From: a virus
Taxonomy: Duplodnaviria > Heunggongvirae > Uroviricota > Caudoviricetes
Virus record (IMG/VR): IMGVR_UViG_2579778884_000012
Reading direction: 5' to 3' (one strand)
Length of the DNA stretch: 38,749 bases
Under the pieces are notes generated by a model that was not told the DNA's origin, did not search any database, and was given only the letters and a program-made list of their open reading frames with translations. Position 1 is the first letter of the stretch. The number at the start of each line of letters is the position of its first letter. Positions 36,984-38,749 of this stretch are shown here, piece after piece. The position numbers and the translations under genes are program-made.

Positions 36984-37997
36984 ATGGCAATCAAAAAACT
37001 CGATGATGGTCGATATGAAGTGGACATCCGCCCTACTGGACGTAACGGAAAACGCATCCGTAGGAAGTTTGATAAGAAAAGCGAAGCTGTCGCTTTCGAA
37101 AAATACACGTTGTACAACCACCACAATAAAGAATGGCTATCAAAACCAACAGACAAACGACGTCTGTCGGAACTGACACAGATCTGGTGGGATTTAAAGG
37201 GTAAACACGAAGAGCATGGGAAATCTAATCTTGGAAAAATTGAAATCTTCACAAAAATAACGAATGACCCATGCGCATTTCAAATCACGAAATCCCTTAT
37301 CAGCCAGTACTGCGCCACCCGAAGAAGTCAGGGTATTAAACCTTCGAGTATCAATCGTGATTTAACATGTATTAGCGGCATGTTTACAGCCCTGATTGAA
37401 GCGGAGTTATTCTTTGGTGAGCACCCTATCAGAGGGACAAAGAGGCTTAAGGAGGAAAAACCAGAAACAGGCTATCTCACACAGGAAGAAATTGCCTTAC
37501 TGCTTGCAGCACTTGACGGCGACAACAAAAAGATTGCGATTCTTTGCCTGAGTACAGGAGCACGTTGGGGAGAAGCAGCTCGTTTGAAAGCAGAAAATAT
37601 CATCCATAACCGCGTCACGTTTGTTAAAACGAAAACAAACAAACCACGCACCGTCCCGATCTCAGAGGCTGTTGCCAAAATGATCGCGGATAACAAACGA
37701 GGTTTTTTATTCCCTGATGCTGATTACCCTCGCTTCAGACGAACAATGAAAGCAATAAAACCGGATTTGCCAACGGGGCAAGCCACACATGCACTAAGGC
37801 ACAGCTTTGCCACTCATTTCATGATTAATGGAGGAAGTATTATCACGCTACAACGGATACTAGGTCACACGCGGATTGAGCAAACTATGGTTTACGCTCA
37901 TTTTGCGCCAGAGTACCTTCAGGACGCCATTTCTCTTAATCCGCTAAGAGGTGGTACTGAAGCCGAGAGTGTCCACACAGTGTCCACAGTAGAGTAA
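36984..37997 (+). CDS. int: Tyrosine integrase Int, 337 aa
   Basis: 337 aa equals P2 Int; C-terminal catalytic residues (HALRHSFATH ... LGHTRIEQTMVYAH); lies next to the att core. Confidence 0.9.
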   Translation: MAIKKLDDGRYEVDIRPTGRNGKRIRRKFDKKSEAVAFEKYTLYNHHNKEWLSKPTDKRRLSELTQIWWDLKGKHEEHGKSNLGKIEIFTKITNDPCAFQITKSLISQYCATRRSQGIKPSSINRDLTCISGMFTALIEAELFFGEHPIRGTKRLKEEKPETGYLTQEEIALLLAALDGDNKKIAILCLSTGARWGEAARLKAENIIHNRVTFVKTKTNKPRTVPISEAVAKMIADNKRGFLFPDADYPRFRRTMKAIKPDLPTGQATHALRHSFATHFMINGGSIITLQRILGHTRIEQTMVYAHFAPEYLQDAISLNPLRGGTEAESVHTVSTVE

Positions 37998-38076
37998 CGT
38001 TTAAGGGCTTTCAGTGGTAATTTATGCCGCTCAAACCCGCATTGTACCGTTGAAAGCCCCTACTGGTGACACCCTA

Positions 38077-38104
38077 AATCTCCCTTACACAGGCTTATTT
38101 TTTA
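38077..38104. repeat. Prophage attachment core, yegR-proximal copy (next to int), 28 bp
   Basis: AATCTCCCTTACACAGGCTTATTTTTTA; 27 of 28 identical to 1507..1534. Confidence 0.85.
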
Positions 38105-38431
38105 TGCATAAGCCCTATCCCTGGTCACCGTCTTCCATTGACCACATCGATAGAATCTCCCTTAATAGCACGATGCCTTTCACTTATCGACATCGTGCTC
38201 GCACAGGTTCCGGTTACGCACAGCCAGAACGCGCATGTTTGACGCTTACCAAAAAATGAACCTAAAGCATTGGAATATTTTTGACATCATTTTCTGATGG
38301 CTGCATAAAATAAAAATTCTGCTTTAGTTTCATCTATCTGTTTGTCATTATTACTCACATTCAATAATGGTGTTGAAGAATATCCCATCACAGATAAAAT
38401 AAATATGTGCATGGTAGTCTTGAATCTATTC

Positions 38432-38749
38432 TCACTCTCCACATTTGAATGTCAGACGAGCAACGCCATGTAATCCTGCACCTTCTGTCTTCAATTTAAC
38501 TATCTGCATTTTTTTGCCCTGAGTAACACAGAAATGGGCTGCATCATTTTTTACTATATTTTCTGCACCAGATATTCTGCCCCTGGCTAAAGAAGCTTCG
38601 GCTTCGGTGTAGTATTGGTTATCGAGTTTACGCTGAATATTACTTTTATATGCAAGACCAAATTTACCGATACTTGTCTCATCATTATGTACAGCACACC
38701 CAGACATAAGAAAAATACTAATTAATGATATAGCAGCTATCTTTTTCAT
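38432..38749 (-). CDS. yegR: Host lipoprotein (YegR-like), 105 aa, start codon at the window edge
   Basis: Signal peptide plus lipobox (MKKIAAISLISIFLMSGC). The 105-aa length and position after the cyaR-linked P2 site match E. coli yegR; the symbol is assigned from synteny and length. Confidence 0.6.
   Translation of the reverse strand: MKKIAAISLISIFLMSGCAVHNDETSIGKFGLAYKSNIQRKLDNQYYTEAEASLARGRISGAENIVKNDAAHFCVTQGKKMQIVKLKTEGAGLHGVARLTFKCGE

Larger units (their letters stand above)
1507..38104 (-). mobile_element. Complete P2-like (Peduovirus-type) prophage, about 36.6 kb, integrated at the cyaR 3' end
   Basis: Flanking 28-bp direct repeats. Full P2 gene order with matching protein lengths (ogr 72, D 387, U 159, T 815, E 91, E+E' 142, FII 172, FI 396, I 176, J 302, W 115, V 211, S 150, R 155, K 165, Y 93, X 67, L 169, M 247, N 357, O 284, P 590, Q 344, A 761, B 166, Cox 91, C 99, Int 337). 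A cos-like 19-mer is present. Confidence 0.92.

Noticed and set aside
38014-38259. 81-aa plus-strand ORF across the int-proximal att core and flank
   Set aside because: It reads straight through the att core and the degenerate phage-arm relic; it is most likely an artefact of the repeat region.
1-38749. CRISPR array or other short tandem-repeat array
   Set aside because: No regularly spaced direct repeats with unique spacers anywhere; the only repeats are the att cores, the IS terminal repeats, the operator-like 9-mer pair and coding repeats in the tail fiber gene.

Overview
The window is an Enterobacteriaceae (E. coli-like) chromosomal segment: host gene yegQ (1..1362, +), the CRP-dependent small RNA cyaR (about 1447..1533, +), a complete P2-like prophage of about 36.6 kb (1507..38104), and a host lipoprotein gene (38432..38749, -, yegR-like). 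The prophage is bounded by a 28-bp direct repeat with one mismatch; the left copy is the cyaR terminator and matches the P2 att core as I remember it. It lies inverted relative to the usual P2 map: ogr-D-U-T-E/E'-FII-FI | G-H-I-J-W-V | S-R-lysCBA-K-Y-X-L-M-N-O on the minus strand, P-Q then cos on the plus strand, then A / orf83-80-like / B / orf78-like / cox on the minus strand and C-int on the plus strand. Protein lengths match P2 almost gene for gene, and the E+E' -1 frameshift reconstructs to exactly 142 aa. Three AT-rich accessory loci interrupt this backbone at positions known to be variable in P2-like phages: (1) between FI and G, a 369-aa membrane-anchored protein; (2) between V and S, a 258-aa three-helix membrane protein on the opposite strand whose 3' end runs into an IS21-family element (istA/istB, about 2.5 kb); (3) between cos and A, a two-gene operon (DUF2158-like 63 aa plus a 226-aa unknown) convergent with a 313-aa protein carrying a HEPN-like R-x4-H motif. 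These are the best candidates for undescribed phage-defence or exclusion functions; none matches a system I can name. All domain calls are by eye from the translations; no searches were run.
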